Translations under genes and position numbers: made by a program
Notes under the pieces: model-generated
What the model was told of the DNA's origin: nothing
What the model saw: only the letters and a program-made list of their open reading frames with translations
Databases searched by the model: none
Shown: positions 27,801 to 40,279 of the stretch, piece after piece
Numbering within the stretch: the stretch's first letter is position 1
Layout of the letters: each line of letters begins with the position of its first letter
DNA from: the human T2T-CHM13v2.0 reference genome, Homo sapiens
DNA length: 64,000 nt
Direction: 5' to 3' (one strand)
Assembly (NCBI RefSeq): GCF_009914755.1
Contig: NC_060935.1

Positions 27801-30800
27801 GCTTCAGTCTTCCCCCAAGCGCATGGTTGTGGGACTAAGCACCTCAAAGGAGGGCACAGACCCCGCCAGCCTGCTGGGAAAAAGGCGTCCTTCCTGCTAA
27901 GAAAGTAGGATCTCAAAAGGCCTGTCCTACCCCCAGTCTCTCCAGGGAAGCTGCTTAGAGGCAGACTGGCAGCAGGCAGGGCCACTCCCAGATGCTGGGC
28001 CCAGAGCCACCCCAACAATCCAGCACAGGACCCCGCTCAGCACCAGGGAGCCCACGGCAGCCCACCAGCAAATCAAGACAGGCTTCGCCTCTCTGCCTCG
28101 TCGTACATCTTCTCTCCCCACGCAAATGCAGTTGTCCAGGCCCCGCTAAGAACCGTTTTCCCCTCTTCCTGGTCTGTGGGTCACCTGACACTACAACAGC
28201 CACAGTTCTCAGCCATGATGCTGAAGAGGCAGACAGACATCTGAGACACAGAAGCAGGTTTACATCTGAGTCGTGTCTACTGCAAGGCCGCCAGACCGTA
28301 AAAGGGGAAGTTTGGAAGGCGTGATCTCCTACAGAGTGAGTGCCGAAGTCCTAAGAAGCTGATCAGTAGTCACTGCCATTGTTCAAAGGCAGACTATGAA
28401 GGACACTGGTCCCTAGAGGTGGTTACACCCCCATCACCCACATGCTCACAACCACGCTGTCACACATGCCCACACCCAGCACCTAAACTTGTGCCTGTGA
28501 CATCTTCACCCTCTATCCACGGAGGGAACTGCGTTCCACCAATCCCATCGCCGTCCACGGGCTGCAGGAGGGCTGCTGGCCTCCGAGGACACTGTCACAG
28601 GAGGAAGCCCTCAGGGGAGCTGAATGAGTGGCAGGCCACTGAGAGATGGGCAGACCTGACGTCCTTGCCCTAGCCAGGGAAGCCACAGCACAGCAGCCAC
28701 TCGGTGACCAGCGAAAAGCACGGCTCCCCGCGTTGGGTCTACGTGCTGAGGTCATGGGCACTGCCAGAGGAAGCGGAGGAGGAGTCAGCACCTGGGTTAG
28801 CACGGGGGTGCCCTGGAAGGCACAGCCATGGCCTGAGCATCTCAGCCTCTCATGACATCCGAAAGAAGCAAAGCCTTCTACCTCATCATCTCCTCTTCTT
28901 TTCTAACCTGAGGGCTGGAATTCCCAGGAGGGTGCTCAGAAAAGTAGGCCAAATTCATCCTGAAGGCTGACAGCCTGATGCCCACATCCCAGTGCATCCC
29001 AGGGCCTGGCTGAGCCCCGTGAGCTCCTCTGGGGTAGAAATCTCACACTGCCAGTGCATAAAGGCTGCACGTCAGCTTGCGGTAAGCCCCCACCTCCCAC
29101 CCCAACACCTCAGGTAAGCCGGCTCCCGTCATCCCCCAGGAGAGACGCCCAAGTGAGCAGCACATCACGACGCGGGGGCAGAGGGTGTGCTACCTGGAAA
29201 AAAGAACACAAAGAGTTGTGTGCTCTTCCATCTCGCAGAGCTGGTGCCCAGTGGTCAAGTGGATTCCGACGCCCCAGAGAAGCACATCAACTGGAAGGCC
29301 CAGGTTCCACCCCAAGGGTGCACGGCCCAGTCTCAGAAGCCCCTGCGTGCCTCTCTCACCATGACCCCTTCAGATGTGTTCAGAAAGGAACTGCGGTGGT
29401 GTTACTTGCACGGTAAACCTCAAGGGTGGAGCTGGTCCTCAGCTCCCTGGGTGAAAGGAAGGACCAGGGCCGGTGTGGCACAGAAGAAGTCCATCCCCTA
29501 AGATGGAAACGCCAAGAAGAGACAGCAGCCATCCAAGGCCTCATCCTGCGAGGTCACTGGGCCAAGCCCATGGCAGCTGCATGAGACCAGCAGAAGCCAT
29601 CCAATGCTGCCGTGGCTCACGTCCAAGCAGGGAACTCGGGAGAGGTGGGTGCCCCCAAACCCACCAAGACAGCAGCACCAAGAAGGAAATACTTCAAGGA
29701 ACCTTCATTCTAAGCCAAGCCAGAAGGGGGGCTCCTACACAAGAGTGGGGGAGGGGCAGATCTCCCCTCCACCCCGCCCTCGGGGCCTTCTGCCCTGCCC
29801 TTGGGCAGCACCATATCTTACCGGCAGAGAGACATCTTAGTGGGAAGATGATCTCAGGAAGCTTCTGGATGCTACGAGTTTGAACCAGGACCAGACTTTG
29901 GCAGAGGAAGAGTCAGTGCCCAGACCCTACTCACCACCCCTCCCGCCTTCATTCCTACGCCTCAGCCACAGAATAGAACTGGGCAAAGAGGGCAGGATCC
30001 AGAGCGTCCCAGGCCCCAGCAGCCAGAGGCGCCCTAGCTTCACCTGAGCTCATCCCCCTGCAGCTCAGGTCCACCGGAGGACGAAGGCCCCGGGGCAGAG
30101 AAGAGTCGGCAGGCAGCACGTGGTGAGTGCGGGAAAGCCACAGGCGGCTCCGCACAAGTGGTAATTAATCAATCTGGAGAATTAGCTCCCACAAAAGCAA
30201 AGGAGGATCCAATCAGCCGCTGTGGAACAGCACTGCACAGAGTGCTGAGCCGGGGACGGTATAAATAGAGCCGGCAGCTTGGCGCTAGCACAGGTGGCTC
30301 CGCAGTGGGGAGACTTTGGCCACAGAGCTCACGGCCTGGCTGGGCGGAAGGGCGCCGACGGATGCGCTGGACATGTGCACCAGAGGCTTGCTTTAGCCCC
30401 GCGGCTGAGTTAGCCTCTACTTCTGCAGCGTGAGCCACGCTGGAAGGAAGAAAGATGCAGGTCTAGGAGCCTGGCCACCCCTTCTTCACCCAGGAACCAA
30501 GAAACAAAGGCTTGAATTTAGTTCTGCAGTAACTCATTACTGAACCCCCATAGAAGGCAGCCGGTAATCACAGCAAGGCCCCATTTCTGCTCTGGGTGGG
30601 AGAAGGTAGGAGACACACGGAGAATTCAGCTGAGAGACACGGATCTTGTTTTGGGAGAAAGAATCCCCCAAGACAGATGTCAGGCACCTGGCCAACGTGC
30701 AGCCAGCCCTGCTCGCAAACCCCAGCTGGCCACTGCCCTCCTCCTCCTGCCTCCACTGACCACAGAGAGCAACAGCACTTTGCCTCAATGTACATATATA

Positions 30801-31285
30801 TATATATATATATACACACATAGAGAAACCCACACACTACAGACATATGCATCTGTATCTATATCTATATATATGTGGGGTGTGGAAGATGGACATTAAG
30901 TCCAGCCTTCTTCCAGGACTTGAAAAACTGAAACAGAAGCAGAGAGCAGTAAAAGCCATTGCTTTCCTCTTCACTTCCAAAGACATTGGAAGAGATGAGA
31001 AAAATCAACCTAGTGAAGCAGGGGGCGGAGGGGAGGAGACAGGTGTTGCCCAGTCTCCAATCCACTTCCTGACCTCGACCCACAGGTGGAAGGTGTGCCC
31101 ACCCTCCGTCCTGAAGACAGGCGGCCAGGATCTGGAGGGAGACACCCGCTCTGGCAAAAGAGGGGGCATGCAGGACAAAGGTCTGGGCCGCCCTTGGCAG
31201 ACGGAGGAGGACACACCCCCACACAGTGGCCCTCCCTGCCTGAGCCCAGCAACCTCGCCCCGGGGACACCTAGAGTGGGGTGGAG

Positions 31286-31494
31286 TCACAGCAAAGTGGC
31301 ATGTCCTGGGTCATCGTGGTCCACACTGTTGAGAATCGCTGTCTGGTCTTCCGGAAGCTGGCGGTGGCACAAGTCTGAGAGCCGGGCAAAGGGGTCAGGA
31401 CGAGAATGTCTCTTCTTCTTTCGGAGGCAGACAGCTTCATCGGGCCACAGAACCTGAGAGTTGGGAAGCTGCTGAGTCTGGGAGGCAGAATCGT
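31286..31494 (-). CDS. IGSF9B: IGSF9B exon 20, coding part (DDSASQ...DPGHATLL*), class I PDZ-binding end
   Basis: Acceptor ttcttcctag|AC, phase 1 matching exon 19. TGA at 31286-31288. Confidence 0.93.
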
Positions 31495-31749
31495 CTAGGA
31501 AGAAAGGAAGAGGGACGCAAAAGAGAAGCAAGCGGATGAAAAGGAAGCACGCAGCCTGCTCACCTTTTCCACCTGCATTTGTTCCGGGTTTCTAATGTTG
31601 AAACAAAGGAATCACCTGAGTCTAGAGAGACCAGACCGAATTGCTGCAGAGAAACCACCTTCTTTTCCGCCAAGACAACCAGCAACCTGACCCTGCTCCT
31701 TTCACTTGAATAAGAGTTAAGAAAGTGGAATGGAGAGGATTTTCCTTCT

Positions 31750-32940
31750 CATTCATTTCTTTCTCGATCAGTCTACAAATATTTCTTTTAGTGCCTCTTG
31801 AGTACTAGGCATCATTCTAGGGACTGGGGATCAGGAAGGAACAGGCTGGGACTCAGGACATCTTTCTCATCTGCCCCAAGCAATGACCGACTTTATACAA
31901 GATTTTAATCGCATGCAACGGTCAGGCCTTGACCCTTCCTGGACTGCCTGGGCCTCTCCTCTGCCTCATGGCCCTTCTGGAGATTAATCAGGAATGCCTT
32001 TGCTAGCTTCAAAGACTATGCATCCATGTGAGGGTGCAGAGGAAGAGACAAACTGTCAAGACTTTAAAAACACAGAAATAAAATTTGCAGTTACTGAAAA
32101 TACTACAAAGATAAAATAGGGTCAACTGAGGCACTACTCCGCTCCTTAAAGGGTTAACACTTGAATTGCATCTTAAATTATGAGCCTTCCACAGATCTGA
32201 AGAAAAATTATTCCCAACAGAAGAAATGGCATGTGTGCAAGCCCCAAGTTAAGGGTAAATGTGGTGTGTCCCCGATACAGAAGGGAGGTCATCTCAGTTG
32301 GAAAAGAGTGAGGCAAGAAAGACAGGCAGGGCATCTAGGAGCTTGAAATCTGTTCTGGTTACGATGGGAATCTGGTTACGATGGGGAGGTTTTAATCAGA
32401 AGTGTGTGTGTGTTTGTGTATGTGCACACACGCCTGCACGTGTGTGTTCGTAACTGAAAGAGAGGATGCCGCTACGTGTCCTGCAGTTCGCCGTGGTGGC
32501 TGTGTGTGGAGTCCACGGTGCAAGGTACAAGGATAGGGCTGGAACACCAGCCACGAGGTACTGCAATAGTCAAGGTGGGACAGACAGTGACTCAGAACAC
32601 AGAGTTAGCAATAGAGACAACAGAAAGTGGCCAGATTCAGGATATGTTGCAAAGGCTGAGCTAACAGGCATTACCTAGCGGGCTCGACGTAAGATGTGAA
32701 GGCAAGGGAAGAATCTGGGAATTAAGGGGCCTGACACCCCAGTGGGTACCAGTGCTAGTGATTAAACCGAGGAAGAGCTGAGGAGAAGCAGACCTGGAGA
32801 GGCTGATCAATAACTCTGCTTTAGACATCGTAAAGGCGTATGAAACACCCAAGTGCACGTTCAGCTGGCAACTGGAAATATCAGCCATGACCTCAGGGAA
32901 GGGACCTGGGCTAAAGACAGACATTTGGAAGATGCCACCA
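31750..32940 (-). mobile_element. Fragmented L2 relic in intron 19
   Basis: attcatt...caaatattt..gagtactaggca and purine-rich L2 body (ggaggttttaatcagaag, ggatatgttgcaaagg). Confidence 0.5.
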
Positions 32941-34102
32941 CAGAACTGGTAACAGGACCACTGCCATCAGAACAAGAGACAATGCAGGTCTCTGATGTGA
33001 CTTTTTTTTGCAATAAAGAAATATATGTTATACATATATAAAAACTATATATTGATGGGTCTTAAATGGGTTAACAATGGGCTTAATTGGCTGAAAATGC
33101 AGCTTTGAGCTCCAGTTTCTAACCCAAGCCCTAAAAACATCATTTTCTTTTTCTCTGCCTCAGTATTTCCATCTGTAAACTGAAAGTATACTAGTACCAG
33201 CCAAAGGCTAAGTGATCATAAGTGATCACCGTCTCCCAGAGATTCATGGGGCTTTGAATTTCTATATAACACTCTCCCATAATCCTGTCTATAAAGAGAG
33301 TTACTCTACAACAGTTATCAAAGCTCTGCAAAGCAACTGTTCAGCATTCTTCCTTGACAGACTGCCACAACACTCCTAAAACCATTCATGAAAAGAGGGT
33401 TTTTAACAAATATTAAAGAATTTTCTAGTCTTCAAGAGGGCTAAATTCGTTTTGCACTCAGAAGCTACCTATCCCTGCTAGATACACATCGGACATACTT
33501 CGATAGAGGCATGCTCTCTGTGGGGTAAGGAGGCTTCACTCCATCTCACTGAGAAGGGTGTAGCCAACCTGCAGAGGCTGGGCCCAGGCTGCAGTGTACC
33601 CTGAGGTCCACATGGGGTCCTGTCATGCCTTTGTTCACTAGAAGGCCTGAAATGATAGAGGGGAAGTAAGGAAGGAGATAGAGTTATGTGCAAGGTGAAA
33701 TGCAGAGTGGAAAAATAGATCTGTACTATTTGTGTTGTTTGAAAACACACTAAAATAATAGGATACATTTTCTGAAGCTGTAGGCACAGAAAAGTTTCCA
33801 AAGGCACACATGCTGAAAACGACAGTTCTCCAGGTGAGTGGAAACAAATTGGAAGGGCAATCAGATAGATTTCCCTTATCTTTCTCGTTTTGTATATGAA
33901 AATTATGTTTGTGTATTGCTTGAAAAATAGTGTTAAAAAAAAGAAACAAAGGACAAGAGAAGCTTGTGGATTCAATTCTAGAGAAAGCCCAAGGTTGGGG
34001 CCCTGAGCCCAATAACCCTCCTGACAACGGCAGCCCAATAACCCTCCTGACAACGGCAAGGCAAGGTGGGAGGAGCGGGGCGGGCCACTGCCCATCATTT
34101 AC

Positions 34103-34224
34103 CGGATCGTTTCTTTGACTTCGAAGAGCCCTTGGATGACTTTTTGGGCTTCTTTATCCGTTGGTATTTCAGAGCCTCCAGCCTCTCAGGCGCAGCAGCG
34201 TTCCCGGGTGCAGGTGGAAGTGTT
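34103..34224 (-). CDS. IGSF9B: IGSF9B exon 19 (TLPPAPGNAAAPERLEALKYQRIKKPKKSSKGSSKSKKRS)
   Basis: tttccag|A...CCG|gtaaat. 122 nt, phase 2 to phase 1, joins exons 18 and 20 in frame. Confidence 0.92.
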
Positions 34225-36329
34225 CTGGAAAGGACAACCAGAGAGCCACAATTCAGCTCCCGGATGTGTGAGGCTTTGGAAGAGGGGCTGGAAGAAAGCC
34301 AAGTAGCTGACCCACAGAAGGACAGAGTTCAGTCCTACAGAGCCCAAGGTGCCCACGATGGCTCCATGACACCCGCCTTTCTATTGCTCCTGGAAAGAAG
34401 AAAACCCAGTAGAAAGCTCCAGGAGCATGGCCCACCTCGGATGGAAACCAACCTGCAGAGCAATCAGAAGACCCTAGCAAAGGCAGACAGAGAGATTTTA
34501 ATAGTAAGCACCTTCCCATGTAACGCAAGCTGGGATGCATTTAGTGTCAGAGACAGAAGTAGGCTGAACGTCTGGAGTTCCTAGAAATCACCACAATCAA
34601 GACCTTTGAATGGAAAGTAAAAGGGCATATTAGAGCAGGGGGCAAGCAGCTCCCATCCCAGTGAATCATCCTCCATCTCCAGAAAAGGGGGTGCTAAGTG
34701 AGAAACCCGACCCCCAGTAAGACAGGCTGCACAAAACCCAGCCTTGCCAGCTTCTTCTGCAGCTGCAAGATTCCCGCAGAACAGCAGCAGCTAACAACAA
34801 CAAATACTTGTCATATACCAACATTTTCAGGGCAGTGTCTCCTCGACCCTGCAGACGAGGCTCAGCTCTCCTCGGCCATGTAAGAGAACAGGAGAAAGTG
34901 GCAGGAGATAACAGCAGAACAACCAAATCTGGTAGCCTCCCAGAGCCCTTGCTGTCTGTAACAAGAACGTGGTGAACCTCTGTATTTTAGGATTCGACAG
35001 AGAAACGAGGCTATTGGAACAGACCATGTGTACTGGCCTCTCTTCCTGCATCCTGATTGTCACTTGCCTGGTGGATCAACTGCCCGGTTAGGACAGGGTC
35101 CACAGTCTGGCCACACCCGTGAGGCAGCCCAGGTACACAAGGGAGCCAAGAGAGCTGAGAGGAGGGGCAGTCTGTGACACTCGGTGCATATTGGAGAGAA
35201 TCTTTCAAGAGTCATAAAAGAGGAAAACCTAGAAGACATGTTCTCAATGCCATTTCTTCTCAAAGTAACCCAACTCGGAGCCTGAGGAATGAAGGGGAAA
35301 GAGAAAAAGACAGGTCACTCTGTCTTCCCACCAGCGCTGGCATTAGCACGTGATCAGAGAAGCAGGGACGCTCTGGGGCCACGGCGGACAGGCGTGCCTC
35401 GCTCTTCTTCTCCTGGACCCCCCAACTCCCTCCCCTATCTCCATTGCAAACAGTTTTTGGAAAGTCCTGATTAAAAGAGGTAGGACAGACAATGCTGTGA
35501 GGGCAAAAGAAGACCCCAACGGTCAGCAAGCGGTCTGAGGTTAAAAAAAAAAATGTTAAGAGGGATAGGAAGCCTGCAGTCTCTTCTCCCCAGCATCAAA
35601 TATGTTGGCAGCAAGGCGGGAAGAGGAGACTTACACACTAATTGCAGATAAGCCTCTGGTCTCTGGGGTTTCCTGCATGCACTGGCAATGCAGTGACCTC
35701 CATCTTCCTGGGGGATGTCATCATTCTCTAGTCCTTTAGTCCATAAAGTTTCAAAAGGCTCCCTCAAAGTTCAGGTCACGGTCAACCTCTTGACTTTCCA
35801 TAGCCCTGACAGCAGAGCTAAGAAGGCTACACAGGGTCCCTCAGGTGCACACACAGGCACACACAGCCCTCTTGTGAAGAAGTGGCCAAACATGCCAGTC
35901 TACCCAGAGAGATCCTACAGCGCAGCAGCAGCTGGGAAGGAAGCGGGAAGGCAGACAAAGGGTGCAGGTGCCCGGGCGGGAGGCAGCACACCTTCCCAGT
36001 GTGGATAGCACATCCTCACCCCTTCTCATCCTCAACTGAGGCTTCTTCATGCTGCCTAGAAGGAAAGTTAATGTGAATCCACCTGTTCAGTCGATCTCTG
36101 TCTCCTGGCCGGCCTCTTCAGGAGGACCACACAGGGTGAGCGACGTGTGGTCAGGGAGGCGCATGACCGGCAAGAAGAGTGCTCTCCAATGTCATCCAGG
36201 GCGACCGCTGGGGCACGAGAGAAACCGGTACAGGGTGCCCTGAAAACTGTTAGGGATTCTTCAAGCCAGGTGAAACTTCCAGGGGTGATATGATGGTTAG
36301 AATCAACATCTTATCACTGTTGTCATTTT

Positions 36330-36540
36330 TATCATCTAGCATTGATTTACCACTTACCACAGCAGGCACTGCTGTACAATAATTGCCTGTAATCTCTACA
36401 GCAAACCTAAGAGGTAGATACTACAATGCCCCCATTTTTCAGATGGAGACACTGAAGTTTAGAGAGGTGAGCAACCTGTCGAATCATCCAGTCATCGTGG
36501 GAAAGAGCCAAGACTCTTAACATTAGGCTCACCTCTCCAC
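36330..36540 (-). mobile_element. MIR SINE relic
   Basis: MIR core cccatttttcagatggagacactgaagtttagagaggtgagcaacctg. Confidence 0.65.
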
Positions 36541-37483
36541 TGCCCTTCCAGCGTCTTCCCAATCCACAAAGGTATAGCAGCTACAAAGAAGAAAAGCATG
36601 GCATCCCCGCCACACCTGAGAAATAGATCTGCCTTGCAACGTACTTGAGGCGAGCACTGACATTCTGTGCTTTGGTGGAACAGCCCCGGTGAGACAGACC
36701 AGGGCTGGAGAGGAGCCTGCTTAAGTTGTATCGTCAAAGCAAAAATTCCCAGACAGTAATGATCCAGTGACCAGAAGCAGCCGATTTTCCCTTGAGAAAC
36801 AGCCAAGCTCCAGCCCTTCCGGGACACCTGCTGTCCACCTGTTTAGCTCTGGGCTCAGCACCGAAGCATAGCCACAGGACAAAAGAAGGCTCTGGACACA
36901 CCAAGACCCTCACCCAATGTGGGAGGAAAAAACAAAAGCTGGTGTCTGGCAGAACAGGAGGGAGGAAGCAGGGCAGGCAAAATGAGTCTATTTTTGGCAC
37001 ATGGTACAGAAAAGACACATAGAATGTGACCTAACAGACTTTACCAACAGCACGTAAAGCCCTGTGCAATCGAATTGCCTCCCTGTTTTAGGAAGGTGAC
37101 CATGTTTGTTGCCAACGCCAGCCCCACCTGGGGCCCTTTGGTCATGGAGCTCTTGGTGCCAATGTCTCAGGTGGGAAGCTTCAGTGAAGCAACTCCATCC
37201 TATCCCTGGAATTCAGCTGTCAGGTAAATCTAAGCTTGATCCATAGATGATGCCATTACCCCAGAAGCCAGTCCTGGGCTCTCCAAGAATTTAAGGTCAC
37301 AGTTCTCTTCCCAACCAGCCTACACTGTTCTAAAGCATGCAGGAATGCTACGAACCCTGGGGCTCCCCTTCTCCCAGGAAGTCAGGGGATTACTCCAAGA
37401 TGAGGGCCTCAAAGCCTTGGCACAGAGGTGTTTTTTGCAGTACAGAACTACCAACAATTGCCTGGAACTTACTTCTCTCTCTC

Positions 37484-37754
37484 TTTTTTTTTTTTTTTTT
37501 TTTTTTGAGACAGGATCTCTGTCACCCAGGCTGGAGTGAAGTGGCGCAATCTCGGCTCACTGCTGCCTCGACCTCCCCAGCTCAGATGATCTTCCCACCT
37601 CAGCCCCCCAAGGAGCTGGGACTATAGGCATGTGCCACCATGCCCAGCTATTTTTTTGTATTTTTTTGCAGAGATGGGGCTTCACTATGTTGCCCAGGCT
37701 GGCCTTGAACTCCTGGACTCAAGAGATCTGCCCTCTGGGCCACGGCACCCAGCC
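37484..37754 (-). mobile_element. AluJ-like SINE with internal deletion in the left arm
   Basis: T23 tail and diverged Alu dimer. Confidence 0.9.
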
Positions 37755-40279
37755 CACACTCTTTTTCTCTCTTTTCAAAAAATCCATACAAAACCCAAAT
37801 CATGACCAGGTAGCCCAGGAGGTCTTATTTGCTTAGCTCTCAGCTTACCCAGAAGAGCTGAGGAAAGATGCAGCCAGGTCAAAGTGGAGGCAAGCCTCAG
37901 GACAGGGAAAGTCAAAACCCCCTGCATATTTCCTTAGCTCAGCGCCCAGGAGCTGACCATTTTGACCCTGTTCAGGTGTTCCCTGGCCAACAGGCTGAAG
38001 CAGTGGCTTGATGGGCATTTTCCTCCTCTTCTAATCACCTAAGAGCAAACACCACCTGCCTGATTATACACCGATGGAGGCAGGGGAAAGCCACTCATAG
38101 ACGGGCCATAGCAAGGGAAAGGGTGGGCCCACTGCGGGAGTCTGCAGGTCTGAGCCCACCCCGCTGACCACAAGATGGAACCCTTCTGTGGGGCCGGACT
38201 CAGACCAGTGCTCTGCCTCAGAACCTGGCAGAAGCTTGTTTACAAAGGGGCCCCTTCCTACAGCTGACCCAGGACAGGGGCCACTCCATGCTCCAGACCC
38301 ACCTGCCTCCCTGCGGTGACAGTCAGCCTGAATGGGAAAGGGAGTGGAAGCAGAGGTGAGGACAGGGCATCACTAGGCTCAGACAGGAGCTAAGAATTGG
38401 CTCGGCCTCCCCACAGTCCACAGAAAGGACAGGTCCACGCAATACAACTCCCCATGTTGAGAAGGGAGTTGGGAAGAGGAGAAAAAAAGGGAGAGAGAAA
38501 GGAGGAGAGGCAGGGGCAACAACTACATATGGACCAAAGGAACAGGAGAGGAACTGAAGGGAAAAGAAACAGTGAGAACGCACGTGGACAAGAGCTGTCA
38601 CAACTTCTCCAAGCAAGACCAAGAGGGCACACATGCAAAGGTGCAGCATGGAGACAGCATCTGAACAGAGCCTGCATCTCCCCAGGACCCAGCAGCCGTA
38701 CCGGGGAGGCTCCCAGCAGGCAGGAGAGGCCAGCACCGAGGGGCTGACTCAGGATGGGGAGGGTCTCCTTCTCCTAGGCTGGGGATGCTGGCCAGGCCCG
38801 GGAGAGAAACGATGGTCCCTCATCGCTGCCCCTGGTTTCTGGGTTTGCCACAGCAGTGAAAGGAGAGCGGGCTTCTCTTGGATCTGGCACAGTGGGGACA
38901 CTGGGAAAGGGGAGGGTCAATGGAGTTGAGTGAAGGGGTGAGGAATAACACATGAGAGCAGAGTCTAGGAATTTCCAGGAGCTGGGGTGAGAGCTAGTCT
39001 AGGGCTCCCACACCTCCGGGGGCTGTGGAGGAGTCACAGCTGGGACAGGGAGGGAGCTGGGGAAGGTGGAAGACCAGTGGGTCTCTGGGCGCAGGAGGGC
39101 CCCAGAGCAGGTGAGCTCATAAACGCTGCCTGACAGCCCTCACAGTCACCCTATGCCAGACAGCCTCACCCACAATTCCAGGGCCTCTGGGCTGCTGACA
39201 ATTTTATAGCTACAGATGGTAAAGAAATGTCAGGGCAGTCCTCTTTATGGAGGCCACTCTTAGGAATGAATGAGATTTATAGCCCTGGTTAGGAAAGTGA
39301 ACCTCCCTTGACATCTCTAGGGGGGGAAGGCACCTGTCTCCTTCTCGCCTGGAAAGCCAGAAGCACCTGGACGGGAGGCTCGCCGTCTCCCATGCAGGTG
39401 CCCGATGCCTGTGTGTGCCCAGGCACAGGGCAGAGGGTCCGTGGCGAGCGGCAGCACCTTGTCAGGCTACTGTGAGAGGGAGCGAGCTTCGGGTGGCCCT
39501 GAGTCTCTGTGAGGGACTCAGAGGCTCCCTGAATGCCCAAGTTCCTTTAGCTTCCACCTGGAAGGACACTCAAGGAGAGGCTGACTGCGGGGGCAGGGGG
39601 AGGGACACAGTGCTGGTCCCTGGGGGTTTCACTTCCTGCCAGCTCAATGCCTGTCTGCCCAGGGGAAGCCTGCCCCCTCCCCTCGGGGAGGTCCTCCTAA
39701 GACCCTTTCCCTACAGCATGACCCAGGGAGGACGACAAGGCTACAACAGGGACCTTGAAAGCAATGTGGACCCAAGGGCTAGGTCACATTTCAGTCCTGT
39801 GACTACCAAGGTCAGGCTGCAGAAGGCAAGGAGCACAGGGGAGTGATGACATTTCGCTACAAAGCCCCATAGGACTGCAGGGACCTGACCCTGCAGAGGA
39901 CCCCACTGTCAAGGAAGAAGTGGGGCTCATCCCAACCTTGTACTCCTCGAGAGAGCCTAATACCACGAAGATCTCAAGAAGCTGGTGAGGGGCCAGCCAC
40001 CCCAGGAGAAGGGATGCTATGCCTGGGGCTGCTGGGAGAATAGGGTGCGGGGGGGCTCTTCCTGGATACCAGAGGGGCCCCAGAGAGGTCCCCAAGGGTG
40101 CAGAGATGCAAAGCAGATCTCGGGTGTTCTGGGCCCCTTCGGGGTGCATGCAGGGCCCCAGGGCTTCTGTGGGAGGCCCTGGGTGTACTGGCAGCAGGCT
40201 GGCGAGGCTGGCGAGGAGTGAGGAGAGCCGCAGGGGGCTCTAGAGGGGCCGGACATGGGGACGGGGGGTGGGGGGCAGA

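Larger units (their letters stand above)
18725..31285 (-). other. IGSF9B: IGSF9B long 3'UTR (~12.5 kb; distal part also annotated as MIR4697HG)
   Basis: Runs from the exon 20 stop to the AATAAA above. Nearly free of recognisable interspersed repeats, unlike the flanks. Contains MIR4697. Confidence 0.7.
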
